Below, in pieces: positions 18,241 to 28,751 of a stretch of 53,924 bases of DNA (position 1 is the stretch's first letter; each line of letters starts with the position of its first letter). The notes beneath the pieces were generated by a model. It did not search any database. It was not told where the DNA came from and saw only the letters and a program-made list of their open reading frames with translations. The stretch comes from an uncultured Rhodoluna sp. Lineage in GTDB: Bacteria > Actinomycetota > Actinomycetes > Actinomycetales > Microbacteriaceae. The DNA lies in assembly GCA_964456485.1 (NCBI GenBank), contig CAYVZV010000001.1:1-53924 (forward strand), written 5' to 3'. A program made the position numbers and the translations under genes.

Positions 18241-18963
18241 GTGAATGAGCAGCTAAGTTTTGAGTTCCAGGAAGTGCCTCAGTGGTCAAAAAATCTTGCA
18301 GTCTTTGATCTGGAGACGACGGGACTTGATCTTCGCGAAGCAAGGATCGTCACTGCTTGTGCAGTTCAAATAGACCAAGATGGTCAAATTACTGGCCCGA
18401 ATCAAGAGTGGCTTGCTGATCCTGGAATAGAGATACCGGAGGCGGCATCAAATGTCCATGGCGTCACTACTGAGATTGCCAGGGCAAACGGCCGAGTAGC
18501 TAAAGAAGTTGTTTCGGAATTGCTTGAGGCCCTAAGGGGTTTTTTTGACAAAGGTTTACCAGTGGTCGCCTTTAATGCCCCGTACGACTTCACGATTTTG
18601 CACTACGAAGCCCTGCGTCACGGGTTAGAGCCAATTCAGGAACCCATGCCGGTTATTGATCCGATGGTTCTGGATAAGTATGTTGACACTTATCGCTCGG
18701 GTAAGCGCACCTTAGAAGTTGCTTCAAGACTCTACGGCGTGAAATTAGAAGATGCTCACAATGCAACCGCTGACGCAGTTGCAGCGGGAAGAGTGGCGCA
18801 GGCTATCGCTAGAAAGTACTCAGAGAAATTGCCGGATGATGTTTTAGTTCTACACAAATCACAGATTGAGTGGAGCGCTAGTCAGGATGCCTCTTACGAG
18901 AAGTTCCGACGAGGAAGTTCGCCTGATTTTACAATCCAGCGAGGCTGGCCGCTAAAGCTTTAA
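18241..18963 (+). CDS. DEDDh 3'-5' exonuclease (DnaQ/epsilon-like)
   Basis: [27 protein letters not shown]. Start set to GTG 18241, 6 nt after TAGTCT at 18229-18234. Confidence 0.88.
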   Translation: MNEQLSFEFQEVPQWSKNLAVFDLETTGLDLREARIVTACAVQIDQDGQITGPNQEWLADPGIEIPEAASNVHGVTTEIARANGRVAKEVVSELLEALRGFFDKGLPVVAFNAPYDFTILHYEALRHGLEPIQEPMPVIDPMVLDKYVDTYRSGKRTLEVASRLYGVKLEDAHNATADAVAAGRVAQAIARKYSEKLPDDVLVLHKSQIEWSASQDASYEKFRRGSSPDFTIQRGWPLKL

Positions 18964-19211
18964 GCGCCGAAGTTCTTGTAGCGAGCGTTGAAGCGCTCAA
19001 CACGACCAGCAGCATCCATGATTCTCTGCTTACCTGTGTAGAACGGGTGTGAAGCGGAAGAAATTTCAACGTCGAATACTGGGTATTCCTGGCCGTCTTC
19101 CCACTTGATGGTCTTGGTGCTCGAAAGAGTTGAACGAGTTAGAAACGACTCACCAGAGGCTAGGTCGCGGAAAACAACTGCCTGGTAGGTTGGGTGAATT
19201 TCAGCCTTCAT
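18960..19211 (-). CDS. rpmE2: 50S ribosomal protein L31 type B (Zn-free)
   Basis: MKAEIHPTY...[27 protein letters not shown] with no Cys. True start is ATG 19211. Confidence 0.95.
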   Translation of the reverse strand: MKAEIHPTYQAVVFRDLASGESFLTRSTLSSTKTIKWEDGQEYPVFDVEISSASHPFYTGKQRIMDAAGRVERFNARYKNFGA

Positions 19212-19262
19212 GTTCAAATACTTTCTAAATCTGGGTATTTTGCCTATTTCGGCAACTTCCCC

Positions 19263-19271
19263 ACTATACCA
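19263..19271 (-). promoter_or_regulatory. Extended -10 element TGG-TATAGT upstream of rpmE2
   Basis: Near-consensus hexamer with TGn about 50 nt upstream of the start. Confidence 0.5.
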
Positions 19272-19295
19272 GAGCAAAAACCTAAAAACTAGGCG

Positions 19296-20081
19296 CTAGT
19301 TTCGGGCTCTAACCCTGAATCTGTCGCCGTCTCGGGTCACTTCAAGGCCGAAGCCAAAGGCTCCTGAGATCTTTTCCGTGGTCAGGGTACTGTCTATCTC
19401 GCCGGCGGCATAGACCTGACCCCTCGAGAGGACCAAAGCATGGGTAAAGCCTTTAGGAATCTCTTCGATGTGGTGAGTCACCATCACAATCGCCGGCGCG
19501 GTTGGTGCGGAGGCGTAGCTTCCAAGCACTGAGATGGTGTGCTCCCTAGCAGCCATATCAAGGCTGGCGACCGGCTCATCAAGTAGCAGAATCTCCGGAT
19601 CAGGCATTACGGCTCTGGCAATCTGAGCACGCTTTTTCTCGCCGTCGCTCAAGGTGCCGAAAGGTCGATCCGCCATTTCATCAAGCTGCCACTCGGCAAG
19701 TACTCTCCTAGCTCGACGTTCGTCGACGTCGTCGTACTTCTCATTCCAGCGACCAGTAATTCCATAGCTTGCTGTCATAACTGCGTCTAAAACTGTCTCG
19801 GAGTTTGGGATGTGGGAGCTCATGGCATTGGATGCGAACCCGATTCGGGTGCGCAATTCAAAAACGTTAACTTCCCCAAGGGTTGAACCCAAAAGCTTGG
19901 CGGTGCCAGTAGAAGGGTGAATCTGCGAGGCTGCAACGCGAAGCAAAGTGGTCTTGCCAGCTCCGTTTGGGCCAACAATCACCCAGCGCTGCTTGGAACT
20001 GACCTGCCAGTCGACATTATTCAGAATAGGCTTCGAATCCCTAAGCACAGTGACATTGTTGAAATCCAGAACAAGACTCAT
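19296..20081 (-). CDS. ABC ATP-binding protein (ModF-like), no adjacent permease
   Basis: GPNGAGKTT, LSDGEKKR, LLLDEP, VTHH. Confidence 0.88.
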   Translation of the reverse strand: MSLVLDFNNVTVLRDSKPILNNVDWQVSSKQRWVIVGPNGAGKTTLLRVAASQIHPSTGTAKLLGSTLGEVNVFELRTRIGFASNAMSSHIPNSETVLDAVMTASYGITGRWNEKYDDVDERRARRVLAEWQLDEMADRPFGTLSDGEKKRAQIARAVMPDPEILLLDEPVASLDMAAREHTISVLGSYASAPTAPAIVMVTHHIEEIPKGFTHALVLSRGQVYAAGEIDSTLTTEKISGAFGFGLEVTRDGDRFRVRARN

Positions 20082-20100
20082 GTTATTAAGCCTAGAGGTC

Positions 20101-21282
20101 TCAGGCCAGAGCGCTTTGGTAGCAAGCTATGGTTTCGCGAGCAATTTTCTCCCACGAGAAGCTTTCCTCAACGCGCTTGCGACCCGCGGCTGCAAACTTC
20201 TCAAGATCAAGGCTTGACAGCAGCTGGTTCAGGCTCTGGGCAAAATCAGCAACGAACTTCCTCTCATCAAGTGGTTTTCCGGAGCCATCTTGAACTTGTT
20301 CGATTGGTACCAGTAAGCCGGTCTCGCCGTGAGCCACAACTTCTGGTATTCCGCCGGTAGCTGTTGCAACAACAGGTGTCCCACACGCCATCGCTTCCAG
20401 ATTTACGATGCCAAGTGGTTCATAGATTGACGGGCATGCAAAGACTGTGGCCGAAGACAACAATGCAACAAGTTGCTGCCTCGAAAGCTGTTCGTTGATC
20501 CACACAACCCCGGGTCTTGTGCTTCTCAGTTGTTCGACCAGCTCGGATACCTCTTTGAGCAGCTCGGGTGTGTCTGCTGAGCCAGCAGCTAGAACTATCT
20601 GCACATCAGCTGGCAGTTCTTTCGCAGCTTTTAGTAGATACGGGAGGCCCTTCTGCCTTGTTATTCTCCCCACAAACAAAACGCTTCTTGAATCTGGATC
20701 GACACCTAAAGAGCGAACCAAGTCAGGATTTGACGATGCCTGAAAGGCCGATAAGTCAATGCCGTTATGAATAGTTACGATCTTGGTTGGATTTAGATCT
20801 GGGTAGCAGCGGATGATGTCTTGTCGCATGCCTTCACTCACAGCAATTATTCGGGTCGCTGATTCGTACGCACTTTGCTCGATCCACGACGACAGTCGGT
20901 AGCCACCACCTAGCTGTTCGAGCTTCCAAGGCCGAAGTGGTTCCAGGCTGTGGGCGGTCACAACGTGCGGAATCCCATGCAGTTGTGCTGCCGCGTGTCC
21001 GGCGAAATTGGCGTACCAGGTGTGGGAATGAACTATGTCAGCCCCCGCGATATCTGAGACCATCTCAAGGTTCACGGCTAGGGTCTGCAAGGCAGGGTTT
21101 GCCTGTTCATACGAGGCAGGTAAGGAGTAGGCGAAAGTATCGGTTTCGCTACGCTCTTCACCAAAGGTTCGTACCTTTACATCTATCTGCGGCCTCAGAA
21201 CCCTAACCAGCTCAGCGACGTGGACGCCCGCCCCACCGTAGATTTTTGGAGGGTACTCCTTGCTTATGACATCCACTCTCAT
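20101..21282 (-). CDS. glgA: Actinobacterial GlgA/GlgM glucosyltransferase (maltose-1-phosphate synthase type)
   Basis: [48 protein letters not shown]. Start ATG 21282 lies 7 nt after TAGCAT. Confidence 0.93.
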   Translation of the reverse strand: MRVDVISKEYPPKIYGGAGVHVAELVRVLRPQIDVKVRTFGEERSETDTFAYSLPASYEQANPALQTLAVNLEMVSDIAGADIVHSHTWYANFAGHAAAQLHGIPHVVTAHSLEPLRPWKLEQLGGGYRLSSWIEQSAYESATRIIAVSEGMRQDIIRCYPDLNPTKIVTIHNGIDLSAFQASSNPDLVRSLGVDPDSRSVLFVGRITRQKGLPYLLKAAKELPADVQIVLAAGSADTPELLKEVSELVEQLRSTRPGVVWINEQLSRQQLVALLSSATVFACPSIYEPLGIVNLEAMACGTPVVATATGGIPEVVAHGETGLLVPIEQVQDGSGKPLDERKFVADFAQSLNQLLSSLDLEKFAAAGRKRVEESFSWEKIARETIACYQSALA

Positions 21283-21340
21283 GTTTACGATGCTACCGTC
21301 AGCGCCCACAGATTCGGGAAACTGCTCTAACATCATGATT

Positions 21341-22582
21341 ATGAACGCTTTGCGAATATTCGGGATGGTGTTAGCGGGCGGTGAGGGCAAGCGCCTAATG
21401 CCGCTAAGTTCCGAGCGCGCAAAGCCAGCAGTTCCTTTTGGTGGAAGCTACCGCCTGATTGATTTCGCACTTTCGAATCTTGTGAACTCAGGTCTTCGGA
21501 GAATAGTTGTACTGACCCAATACAAGTCTCACAGCCTCGACCGTCACATATCTCAGATGTGGCGCATGTCCCCCCTCCTTGGCTCCTACGTTGCTTCTGT
21601 TCCTGCGCAGCAGAGACTTGGAAAGCGTTGGTTTTCAGGAAGTGCTGACGCGATTTTGCAGAGCATGAATCTTCTAAGCGATGAGTCCCCTGACATTGTC
21701 GTGGTGGTTGGTGCAGATCACGTTTATCGAATGGATTTTTCCCAAATGATCGAAGCGCATATCGCATCAGGTCTTGGAGTGACCGTTGCAGCAATACGTC
21801 AGCCGATTGAACTCGCTAGCGCTTTTGGCGTTATCGAAACCAGTGAGTCGGATCCATCTCGCATTGCAGCATTCCGTGAGAAGCCATCGGATCCGAAACC
21901 GCTTGCACAATCCCCTGGCGAAGTTCTTGCCTCTATGGGTAACTACGTGTTCTCTGCACAGGCGCTAATCGACGCCATCGAACACGATGGCACCCTTGAA
22001 GATTCTGACCACGACATGGGTGGCGACATAATCCCTTACTTTGTCTCGAGAAATGACGCTGGGGTTTACGACTTCACATACAACGAAATCCCTGGCTCAA
22101 CCGATCGAGACAAGTCCTACTGGCGAGATGTTGGTTCGATTGACTCCTACTACGAAGCTCACATGGATTTGATTTCCGTTATGCCGGTTTTCAATCTGTA
22201 CAACGACCAGTGGCCAATCTTCACTCAGCAAGTAAACCTTCCACCTGCAAAGTTCGTTCACGACGGTGAGGGAAACCAAGGCCGTACAACGGACTCGATT
22301 GTTTCCCTCGGTACTGTCGTGTCTGGCGGAATAGTGGAACGAAGCGTTCTGTCCCCTAATGTGCGCGTGCACTCGAGAGCCTTAATCACTGATTCAGTTT
22401 TGTTAGATGGCGTGCAAGTTGGACGTGACTGCACGGTCAGACGAGCAATTCTTGATAAATCTGTAGTTGTAGCTGATGGAGCGTCAATTGGTGTTGACCG
22501 AAATCGCGACCTGGACCGCGGCTTTACCGTAAGTGATAGCGGCGTGACTGTTGTTGGTAAGGGAGTACTGGTTACTCCTTGA
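21341..22582 (+). CDS. glgC: Glucose-1-phosphate adenylyltransferase
   Basis: [39 protein letters not shown]. Start ATG 21341 lies 7 nt after TAACAT. Confidence 0.95.
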   Translation: MNALRIFGMVLAGGEGKRLMPLSSERAKPAVPFGGSYRLIDFALSNLVNSGLRRIVVLTQYKSHSLDRHISQMWRMSPLLGSYVASVPAQQRLGKRWFSGSADAILQSMNLLSDESPDIVVVVGADHVYRMDFSQMIEAHIASGLGVTVAAIRQPIELASAFGVIETSESDPSRIAAFREKPSDPKPLAQSPGEVLASMGNYVFSAQALIDAIEHDGTLEDSDHDMGGDIIPYFVSRNDAGVYDFTYNEIPGSTDRDKSYWRDVGSIDSYYEAHMDLISVMPVFNLYNDQWPIFTQQVNLPPAKFVHDGEGNQGRTTDSIVSLGTVVSGGIVERSVLSPNVRVHSRALITDSVLLDGVQVGRDCTVRRAILDKSVVVADGASIGVDRNRDLDRGFTVSDSGVTVVGKGVLVTP

Positions 22583-23217
22583 GCGTTCTAGTAGTGCTGG
22601 ATGTTGACTCAACGTTAATTCAGCAAGAAGTGATTGAGTTGCTTGCGGACTTTGCAGGCGTCATGCCAGAAGTTAAGGTAATCACTGACCAGGCAATGTC
22701 GGGCCAACTTGATTTCAAGCAATCGCTTGAGAAGAGAGTCGGATTACTCGAAGGACTATCCGAGGACATCTTTGCTCAGCTCAAACCTCAGATTTCGCTC
22801 ACTCCAGGAGTTATCGAACTGATTTCAGCAGTTCACGCACGAGGCGGAAGAATAGGCGCTGTTAGCGGAGGGTTCAGTCAAATTCTTGCTCCGTTGGCGG
22901 ACGAGATAGGCCTTGATTACTGGATGGCAAACAGTCTCGAGGTTATCGATGGAACACTTACCGGTCGTGTGACCGGTCCAGTCATTGACGCCGATGCAAA
23001 GGCGACAGCACTAAGAACTTGGGCCAGCGATGCAGGAATTTCAACCGATCAGACTATCGCCATTGGTGATGGTGCAAATGATATCCAAATGCTGCAGTGT
23101 GCGGGATACGCAGTTGCCTTTAGACCAAAGCCAGTGCTTCGTCAGTACGCGGATCTAGTGATCGAAGAGAACTCTTTGCTGCCGCTTATCGAGAAACTTG
23201 ACTCAAGCGCCCGTTGA
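22579..23217 (+). CDS. serB: Phosphoserine phosphatase
   Basis: [30 protein letters not shown]. Confidence 0.92.
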   Translation: MSVLVVLDVDSTLIQQEVIELLADFAGVMPEVKVITDQAMSGQLDFKQSLEKRVGLLEGLSEDIFAQLKPQISLTPGVIELISAVHARGGRIGAVSGGFSQILAPLADEIGLDYWMANSLEVIDGTLTGRVTGPVIDADAKATALRTWASDAGISTDQTIAIGDGANDIQMLQCAGYAVAFRPKPVLRQYADLVIEENSLLPLIEKLDSSAR

Positions 23218-23970
23218 GTGCAATCCTCCGTCGACGTGAATCATTTCGCCAGTTGTTGCAGGGAACCAATCCGATAGCAAGGCAATAATTCCTCTGGCTG
23301 CTGTTTCGGTGTTGGTCAGGTCCCATCCAAGAGGCGCGCGGTCGGTCCATAGCTCTTCCATGGTTGCAAATCCGGGAATGCCTTTGGCTGCTGTAGTTCG
23401 AAGCGGACCAGCCGAAATTAAGTTAACGCGGATGCCATCCTTTCCCAGGTAGCGAGCGAGATATCTCGAGGTGGACTCAAATGCGGCTTTCGCGACGCCC
23501 ATCCAGTCGTAAACCGGCCAAGAAACGGTCGCATCAAATGTCAATCCCACAACTGAGGATGGGTTGTTAAGAACTGGCTTAGCTGCCATAGTTATGGATT
23601 TTAGAGAGTACGCCGAGACCTCAACTGCAGTTGATACGTCTGACCAAGGAGTTTCTAGGAAGTTGCCCCCAAGGGCTGTTTGTGGCGCGAAAGCAATTGC
23701 ATGAACTATTCCATCGATAGAGTCAAAGTGTTCTTTAATACGTCCTGATAGAGCAGCTAGGTCCTCTTCACTGGTGGCATCCAACTCGATAACAGGCGCT
23801 GGCATCGGAAGTCTTTCGGAAATCTTTGTTGTGATTGGAAGCATTCGGCCAAATGAGGACAAGATAATCTCTGCCCCCTGCTCTTGAGCGAGCTTTGCCA
23901 CAGAAAAAGCAATCGATGCCTCGGTGAGGACACCAGTTATCAGAATCTTTTTTCCTTCAAGAATTCCCAT
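23203..23970 (-). CDS. fabI: Enoyl-ACP reductase (InhA-like)
   Basis: ILITGVLTEASIAF, YDWMGVAKAA, AGPLRT, FPATTGEMIHVDGG. Start ATG 23970 follows AAGGAG. Confidence 0.94.
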   Translation of the reverse strand: MGILEGKKILITGVLTEASIAFSVAKLAQEQGAEIILSSFGRMLPITTKISERLPMPAPVIELDATSEEDLAALSGRIKEHFDSIDGIVHAIAFAPQTALGGNFLETPWSDVSTAVEVSAYSLKSITMAAKPVLNNPSSVVGLTFDATVSWPVYDWMGVAKAAFESTSRYLARYLGKDGIRVNLISAGPLRTTAAKGIPGFATMEELWTDRAPLGWDLTNTETAARGIIALLSDWFPATTGEMIHVDGGLHSTGA

Positions 23971-24023
23971 GCTTTTGCTCCTTAGTTCTTGTCGTTGCAA
24001 CAATCTTGGCAGTGAATCGCTAC

Positions 24024-24734
24024 TTAATGTCCCATTCCAAGGCCACCGTCAACTGGAATAACTGCTCCTGAAATGTATGAGGCGTCATCACCAGCTAACC
24101 AAAGGCACACCTTGGCAACTTCGGCAGGGCTAGCAAAACGGCCGGCAGGAATCCGGCTTAAGTAATCGTCCTGCTGTTCCTTGGTCAGTTCTGAAGTCAT
24201 GTCGGTGTCGATAAAGCCTGGAGCTACGACGTTTGCCGTGATTCCCCGACCACCAAGTTCTCGGGTGAGAGATCGGGCCATGCCAACAAGTGCTGACTTT
24301 GACGCCGAGTAGTTCACTTGGCCAGGTGATCCCAGAAGCCCTACAACCGATCCGATAAGAAGAACTCGGCCAAACCGTTGCTTGATCATCGACTTTGAGG
24401 CACGCTTTAGGACACGAAATACGCCATTCAAGTTTGTATCAATAACTTGCTCAAAATCTTCATCGCTCATGCGCATCAAGAGCGTATCTTTCGTGATTCC
24501 AGCATTGGCAACCAGAACCTCAATGGGACCAAGCTTTTGCTCAACTTCTGCGATAGCAGCATCCAAAGAGCTGGTGTCGAGAACATCCGCTTTCACGGTA
24601 AGTGAACCCTCTGGGCCGCTTCCGGATCGAACAGTAACAGCTACCTTATGTCCGGCAGCTACGAACTCCGAAGCTATTGCGTAGCCAATCCCGCGGTTTC
24701 CACCGGTAATCAGGACAACTCTTGAGTCGGTCAT
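24024..24734 (-). CDS. fabG: 3-oxoacyl-ACP reductase (MabA-like)
   Basis: ITGGNRGIG, VANAGITKD, NYSASK, PGFIDTDMT. Start ATG 24734. Confidence 0.93.
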   Translation of the reverse strand: MTDSRVVLITGGNRGIGYAIASEFVAAGHKVAVTVRSGSGPEGSLTVKADVLDTSSLDAAIAEVEQKLGPIEVLVANAGITKDTLLMRMSDEDFEQVIDTNLNGVFRVLKRASKSMIKQRFGRVLLIGSVVGLLGSPGQVNYSASKSALVGMARSLTRELGGRGITANVVAPGFIDTDMTSELTKEQQDDYLSRIPAGRFASPAEVAKVCLWLAGDDASYISGAVIPVDGGLGMGH

Positions 24735-24792
24735 CTGGAATTCCTTAGTCTTTCGGGAATAGAGGCCCAAACGTTTGGTTTGAACTAAATGA

Positions 24793-24802
24793 AGTCTAGT
24801 CT
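24793..24802. promoter_or_regulatory. Back-to-back -10 hexamers (TAGACT on -, TAGTCT on +)
   Basis: AGTCTAGTCT between the divergent fabG and DUF3099 genes. Confidence 0.5.
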
Positions 24803-24840
24803 TAGCCTTGAATTGCCTTATAGATCAAGAGAAGGTCGCC

Positions 24841-25131
24841 TTGGAAAAAGCCCAAAGCATCACCACAGTCGGAGAATCGGCTGAAGCAGAGCGTAGTGCT
24901 CGGATGGTGAAGTACCTAATTGCAATGACCATTCGCGTTGTTTGTATCGTTTCGGCAATATTTGTTGAGGGCTGGCTAATGTGGCTATGTTTTGCTGGGG
25001 CTATTTTTCTTCCCTACTTTGCCGTAGTTATCGCAAATGCGCAGGCCCCAAAGTCAGGCACTCTTGAAAACGTCACAGTTGTTGCAAAGCCGATAACCGT
25101 TGACCTCGGTGCGGATTTCAAGAAGTCCTAA
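24841..25131 (+). CDS. DUF3099-type small membrane protein
   Basis: SITT...RMVKYLIAMTIRVVC...GAIFLPYFAVVIAN. Start is TTG 24841 after GAGAAGG, or 24808. Confidence 0.8.
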   Translation: MEKAQSITTVGESAEAERSARMVKYLIAMTIRVVCIVSAIFVEGWLMWLCFAGAIFLPYFAVVIANAQAPKSGTLENVTVVAKPITVDLGADFKKS

Positions 25132-25134
25132 TCC

Positions 25135-25338
25135 TTGTCTAGCAGTTCTGACTTAGAAGCAAAGTGCTCACGTGCTGGTTGCACAGCGGCTTCAACGAAC
25201 TTTCTCATCTGGGCAAATCCAAGAATTCACACAGATGGAAGAACCAAGACTTGGCTTTCCTGCGACGAGCATCTTGAATTTCTGAGAAACTATCTTCAGG
25301 ATCGTTCATTTTTACTTGAAGTAAGGCAAAGCAAATGA
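25135..25338 (+). CDS. Small conserved Cys/His protein, possible Zn binder
   Basis: CSRAGC...WANPRIH...KTWLSCDEH. ATGA overlap with SURF1. Confidence 0.75.
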   Translation: MSSSSDLEAKCSRAGCTAASTNFLIWANPRIHTDGRTKTWLSCDEHLEFLRNYLQDRSFLLEVRQSK

Positions 25339-26153
25339 AGCTAATGGCCAAGGCTTGGCTACGTTGGCTCTCTTGGTTTCTACTAGCCAGTTTGTTTGCA
25401 GCTGCCTGTGTCGCACTTGCCACCTGGCAGTTCGAACGCCGGGACCAGGCGGTTTCTAAGATCCAGCGCATGGTTGACAACTATGACAAACCCCCAATCG
25501 ATTTTGCCTCGATTTCTGAGCTCTCCCTCGATCAAGTCACTCCCTACGAATGGACCCCGGTCCAACTCGATGGAATTTATCTAACAGATCAAGAGCTTTT
25601 GGTTCGCAATCGTCCGATTGCAGGACAGCCAGGCTTTCTACAAATCATTCCATTCGAGCTTTCTACCGGCGAGATCGTAATCATCGAACGAGGTTGGATT
25701 CCTGCCGACTCCGAATTAGCCCCGGCCGAATCGATGACCCCGGCCTCCGAGCCGAAGACTGTGACTGCGAGAGTTCGTTTAAGTGAACTAACGCCTAACC
25801 GAGACTCCCCTGCAGGTTTTGCAACCAGCATTCACCTCGAGTCGCTGAATGAACTGGTTGGAAATGAAGTTGAGCAGCAGTTTTACTTGAGACTTATGAG
25901 CGAATCCCCTGGCGAATCAAGCTCACCTCAGCCACTTCGCAAGCCAACCCTCGACGAGGGCAACCACTTGAGTTATGCCGTCCAATGGATTCTTTTTGCC
26001 CTCATGGGATTCTTCGCATTGTTCTGGGCAATCAGGCAAGAGCGTGAGTATCGCCGTATAGAAAAAGACCCCAACTATGTCCCGCGCGCTGTTCGAAAGC
26101 GCAAGAGGACGGATGCTGATGTTGAGGATGAGCTACTGGATTCAAAGAACTAG
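25335..26153 (+). CDS. SURF1-family cytochrome oxidase biogenesis protein
   Basis: N-terminal TM plus WQFERR, IERGWIP, GNHLSYAVQWILFA. Confidence 0.9.
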   Translation: MKLMAKAWLRWLSWFLLASLFAAACVALATWQFERRDQAVSKIQRMVDNYDKPPIDFASISELSLDQVTPYEWTPVQLDGIYLTDQELLVRNRPIAGQPGFLQIIPFELSTGEIVIIERGWIPADSELAPAESMTPASEPKTVTARVRLSELTPNRDSPAGFATSIHLESLNELVGNEVEQQFYLRLMSESPGESSSPQPLRKPTLDEGNHLSYAVQWILFALMGFFALFWAIRQEREYRRIEKDPNYVPRAVRKRKRTDADVEDELLDSKN

Positions 26154-27748
26154 CTGAGCGAGATTAGATCCGCGTACTGATCAGACCAGTGGTCTTCCGT
26201 TCCATCCGGCAGAATAAGCACTCGCTCGGGGTTCAAGGCTAGAACTGCCCCCTCGTCGTGAGACACCAGCACAACTGCCCCCGTGAAACTTGCCAGAGCA
26301 TTGAGGATCTCTTTCCTTGAGGCGGGGTCTAAGTTGTTCGTTGGCTCGTCCAGCAAGAGCACGTTTGCAGACGAAACAACAAGAGAAGCAAGTGCTAACC
26401 GAGTCTTTTCACCGCCACTTAGAACAGACGCTTTCTTGTTCACGTCATCCCCACTGAAAAGAAATGAACCCAGAACTTTTCGGGCATCGACGTCACCTAA
26501 GTGAGGAGCTGATCTCTGCATGTTCTCAAGAACAGTTCTATTGACATCGAGAGTTTCGTGTTCCTGAGCGTAGTAGCCAATTTTTAGTCCATGACCAGGC
26601 TCGATTTGGCCGGTATCTGGTTTGTCAATACCTGCAAGCATTCGAAGGAGCGTTGTCTTTCCCGCACCATTCAAACCAATAATCACAACTTTCGAACCAC
26701 GGTCGATTGCAAGATCAACCGCAGTAAAAATCTCTAGGGAACCATAGCTTTTGCTCAAACCCGATGCCATCAGCGGAGTCTTACCGCAGGGCGCTGGGTC
26801 AGGGAATCGAATCTTGGCTACCCGGTCAGTTTGGCCAACATCCTCAAGATCGTCAAGAAGTTTTTGAGCTCTACGAGCCATTTGCTGCGCGGCAACCGCC
26901 TTGGTAGCTTTCGCTCCAAACTTTGCAGCCTGAAGAGTCAACGTTGCAGCCTTCTTCTCGGCGTTGGCTCGTTCTCGCTTACGGCGTTCTTCGTCAGATT
27001 CGCGTTGCTTGAGATACGATTTCCAGCCCATGTTATAAATGTCAATGACTTGGCGGTTGGCATCAAGGTAGAAAACTCGATTCACGGTGTTCTCGACGAG
27101 GTCGATGTCGTGACTGATTACGATCAGTCCACCTTGGTAGCTACGCAGAAAATCTCTCAACCAAACAACCGAGTCGGCATCCAGGTGGTTTGTTGGTTCA
27201 TCAAGAAGCATCGTCTCTGCGCTAGAAAAGAGAATTCGAGCCAGTTCAACACGCCTTCTTTGACCACCGGAGAGGGTCTTGAGTGGCTGTGAGAGTATCC
27301 GTTCCTCGATTCCCAAATTGCTTGCAATCGCTGCACCTTGAGCCTCAGCCGCATAACCACCCGCAGCTTGAAATCTTTCCTCTAGCTTCGAATACTTGGT
27401 CATCGTCTTGGTCGCTTCTTCACCTGTTGCAGTGGACATCGCCTCGGCGGTCTCAGCAAGCTGTCTAAGCAGATCGCCCAATCCCCTAGCGTTCAGGATT
27501 CGGTCACGAGCAAGCTCTTCCGGGTCTCCGGTTCTTGGATCCTGCGGTAGGTAGCCGATTTCTCCTATACGCTCGACACTTCCGGCGCTTGGCTGACCAT
27601 CTCCCGCAAGAATTTTTGTCAAAGTCGTTTTGCCAGCACCGTTTCGGCCAACCAGACCGATCTTGTCCCCAGAAGCCACACGGAAATTTACTTCACTCAT
27701 GAGTGTTCTGGCACCAATGGTGATCTCCAGGTCCTTCACTATAAGCAA
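26150..27748 (-). CDS. ABC-F family ATPase (ribosome-associated)
   Basis: Two ABC domains (GRNGAGKTT/LSGGQRRR/LDEPTNHLD and GLNGAGKTT/LSGGEKTR) with a charged linker and no TM. Confidence 0.92.
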   Translation of the reverse strand: MLIVKDLEITIGARTLMSEVNFRVASGDKIGLVGRNGAGKTTLTKILAGDGQPSAGSVERIGEIGYLPQDPRTGDPEELARDRILNARGLGDLLRQLAETAEAMSTATGEEATKTMTKYSKLEERFQAAGGYAAEAQGAAIASNLGIEERILSQPLKTLSGGQRRRVELARILFSSAETMLLDEPTNHLDADSVVWLRDFLRSYQGGLIVISHDIDLVENTVNRVFYLDANRQVIDIYNMGWKSYLKQRESDEERRKRERANAEKKAATLTLQAAKFGAKATKAVAAQQMARRAQKLLDDLEDVGQTDRVAKIRFPDPAPCGKTPLMASGLSKSYGSLEIFTAVDLAIDRGSKVVIIGLNGAGKTTLLRMLAGIDKPDTGQIEPGHGLKIGYYAQEHETLDVNRTVLENMQRSAPHLGDVDARKVLGSFLFSGDDVNKKASVLSGGEKTRLALASLVVSSANVLLLDEPTNNLDPASRKEILNALASFTGAVVLVSHDEGAVLALNPERVLILPDGTEDHWSDQYADLISLS

Positions 27749-27787
27749 GAGCTGGTCCTTTGGGCTGGGAGAAGTCTCAAAGCCTTT

Positions 27788-27797
27788 AGTCTACAAT
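27788..27797. promoter_or_regulatory. Back-to-back -10 hexamers (TAGACT on -, TACAAT on +)
   Basis: AGTCTACAAT between the divergent ABC-F and bioY genes. Confidence 0.5.
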
Positions 27798-27840
27798 CGT
27801 CATTAACGCACAGCTCGCTCCAGTAAAGAAGAGGTTTCTC

Positions 27841-28428
27841 ATGTCCCTACAGCTATCAGGCCGTCAAACACTGATTGACCGTGTATTCCCCCGCAGCATT
27901 GCAACAGATGTCGCTCTGGTTTTTGGTGGAGCAGTTCTAACTGCAGTTGCAGCTCAGATTGCGATTCCGATGTGGCCAGTTCCAATCACTGGACAAACAT
28001 TCGCCGTGTTGTTGGTTGGTGCGGTGCTTGGAGCTTCCAGGGGCGCTCTTTCTATGATTACTTACTTCTCCCTAGGCGCAGCAGGGCTTCCAGTTTTCAC
28101 TGGCGCAGTGGCCGGAATAACTTTTGGAACAACCTTTGGATACCTAGTTGGATTCATTGCAGCGGCAGCCGTTGTCGGTTGGTTCTCTCAACTGAATTGG
28201 CACAAGAAGGTATGGGGTGTTATCGCGAGCTTCGCAATAGGAAACGGAGTGATTTATCTCTTCGGTCTTCCATGGCTTGCATTTGCGCTTTCAAACCTCA
28301 ACTTAGCAAGCGATCTAGGTGCAGTAGTAATGGCTGGCTTAGTTCCGTTTCTAGTTGGTGATGCGATCAAGATCGCACTTGCAGCCGCGGCTCTGCCGTT
28401 GGCATGGAAGTACCTAGGAACTAAATAG
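27841..28428 (+). CDS. bioY: Biotin transporter S component
   Basis: PVPITGQTFAVLL, GLPVF, TFGYLVGF, PFLVGDAIK. Confidence 0.92.
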   Translation: MSLQLSGRQTLIDRVFPRSIATDVALVFGGAVLTAVAAQIAIPMWPVPITGQTFAVLLVGAVLGASRGALSMITYFSLGAAGLPVFTGAVAGITFGTTFGYLVGFIAAAAVVGWFSQLNWHKKVWGVIASFAIGNGVIYLFGLPWLAFALSNLNLASDLGAVVMAGLVPFLVGDAIKIALAAAALPLAWKYLGTK

Positions 28429-28750
28429 AAAAACCAATGGCCCGCATCTGTTCGCGGCCATCATCGGTAATCTTCTCTGGACCCCATGGCGGCATCCAGA
28501 CCCAGTTGATTCGGAAAGCGTCCACAACTCCATCCAGCGCCTCCGCTGTCTGCTCCTCAAGAACATCAGTCAGCGGGCATCCAGCTGAAGTCAGAGTCAT
28601 GTTTATAAGAAGCGACTCGTCTTCATCGGCTAGCTCAAGACCATAGATCAATCCAAGATCGACAATGTTTACGCCGATCTCTGGGTCGATTACTTCCTTG
28701 AGCGCTTCTTCGACTCTGTCGTAGAGCACCGGCTCGAGTTGTCTAGGCAT
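28421..28750 (-). CDS. sufT: SufT/DUF59 Fe-S cluster assembly protein
   Basis: VIDPEIGVNIVDLGLIY, MTLTSAGCPL, WVWMPPW. Start ATG 28750. Confidence 0.88.
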   Translation of the reverse strand: MPRQLEPVLYDRVEEALKEVIDPEIGVNIVDLGLIYGLELADEDESLLINMTLTSAGCPLTDVLEEQTAEALDGVVDAFRINWVWMPPWGPEKITDDGREQMRAIGFSI

Positions 28751-28751
28751 G

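Noticed and set aside
20101-22582. Apparent head-to-head overlap of glgA (to 21390) and glgC (from 21260) in the ORF track
   Set aside because: A longest-ORF artefact. Homologous N-termini and -10 spacing give starts at 21282 and 21341, which do not overlap.
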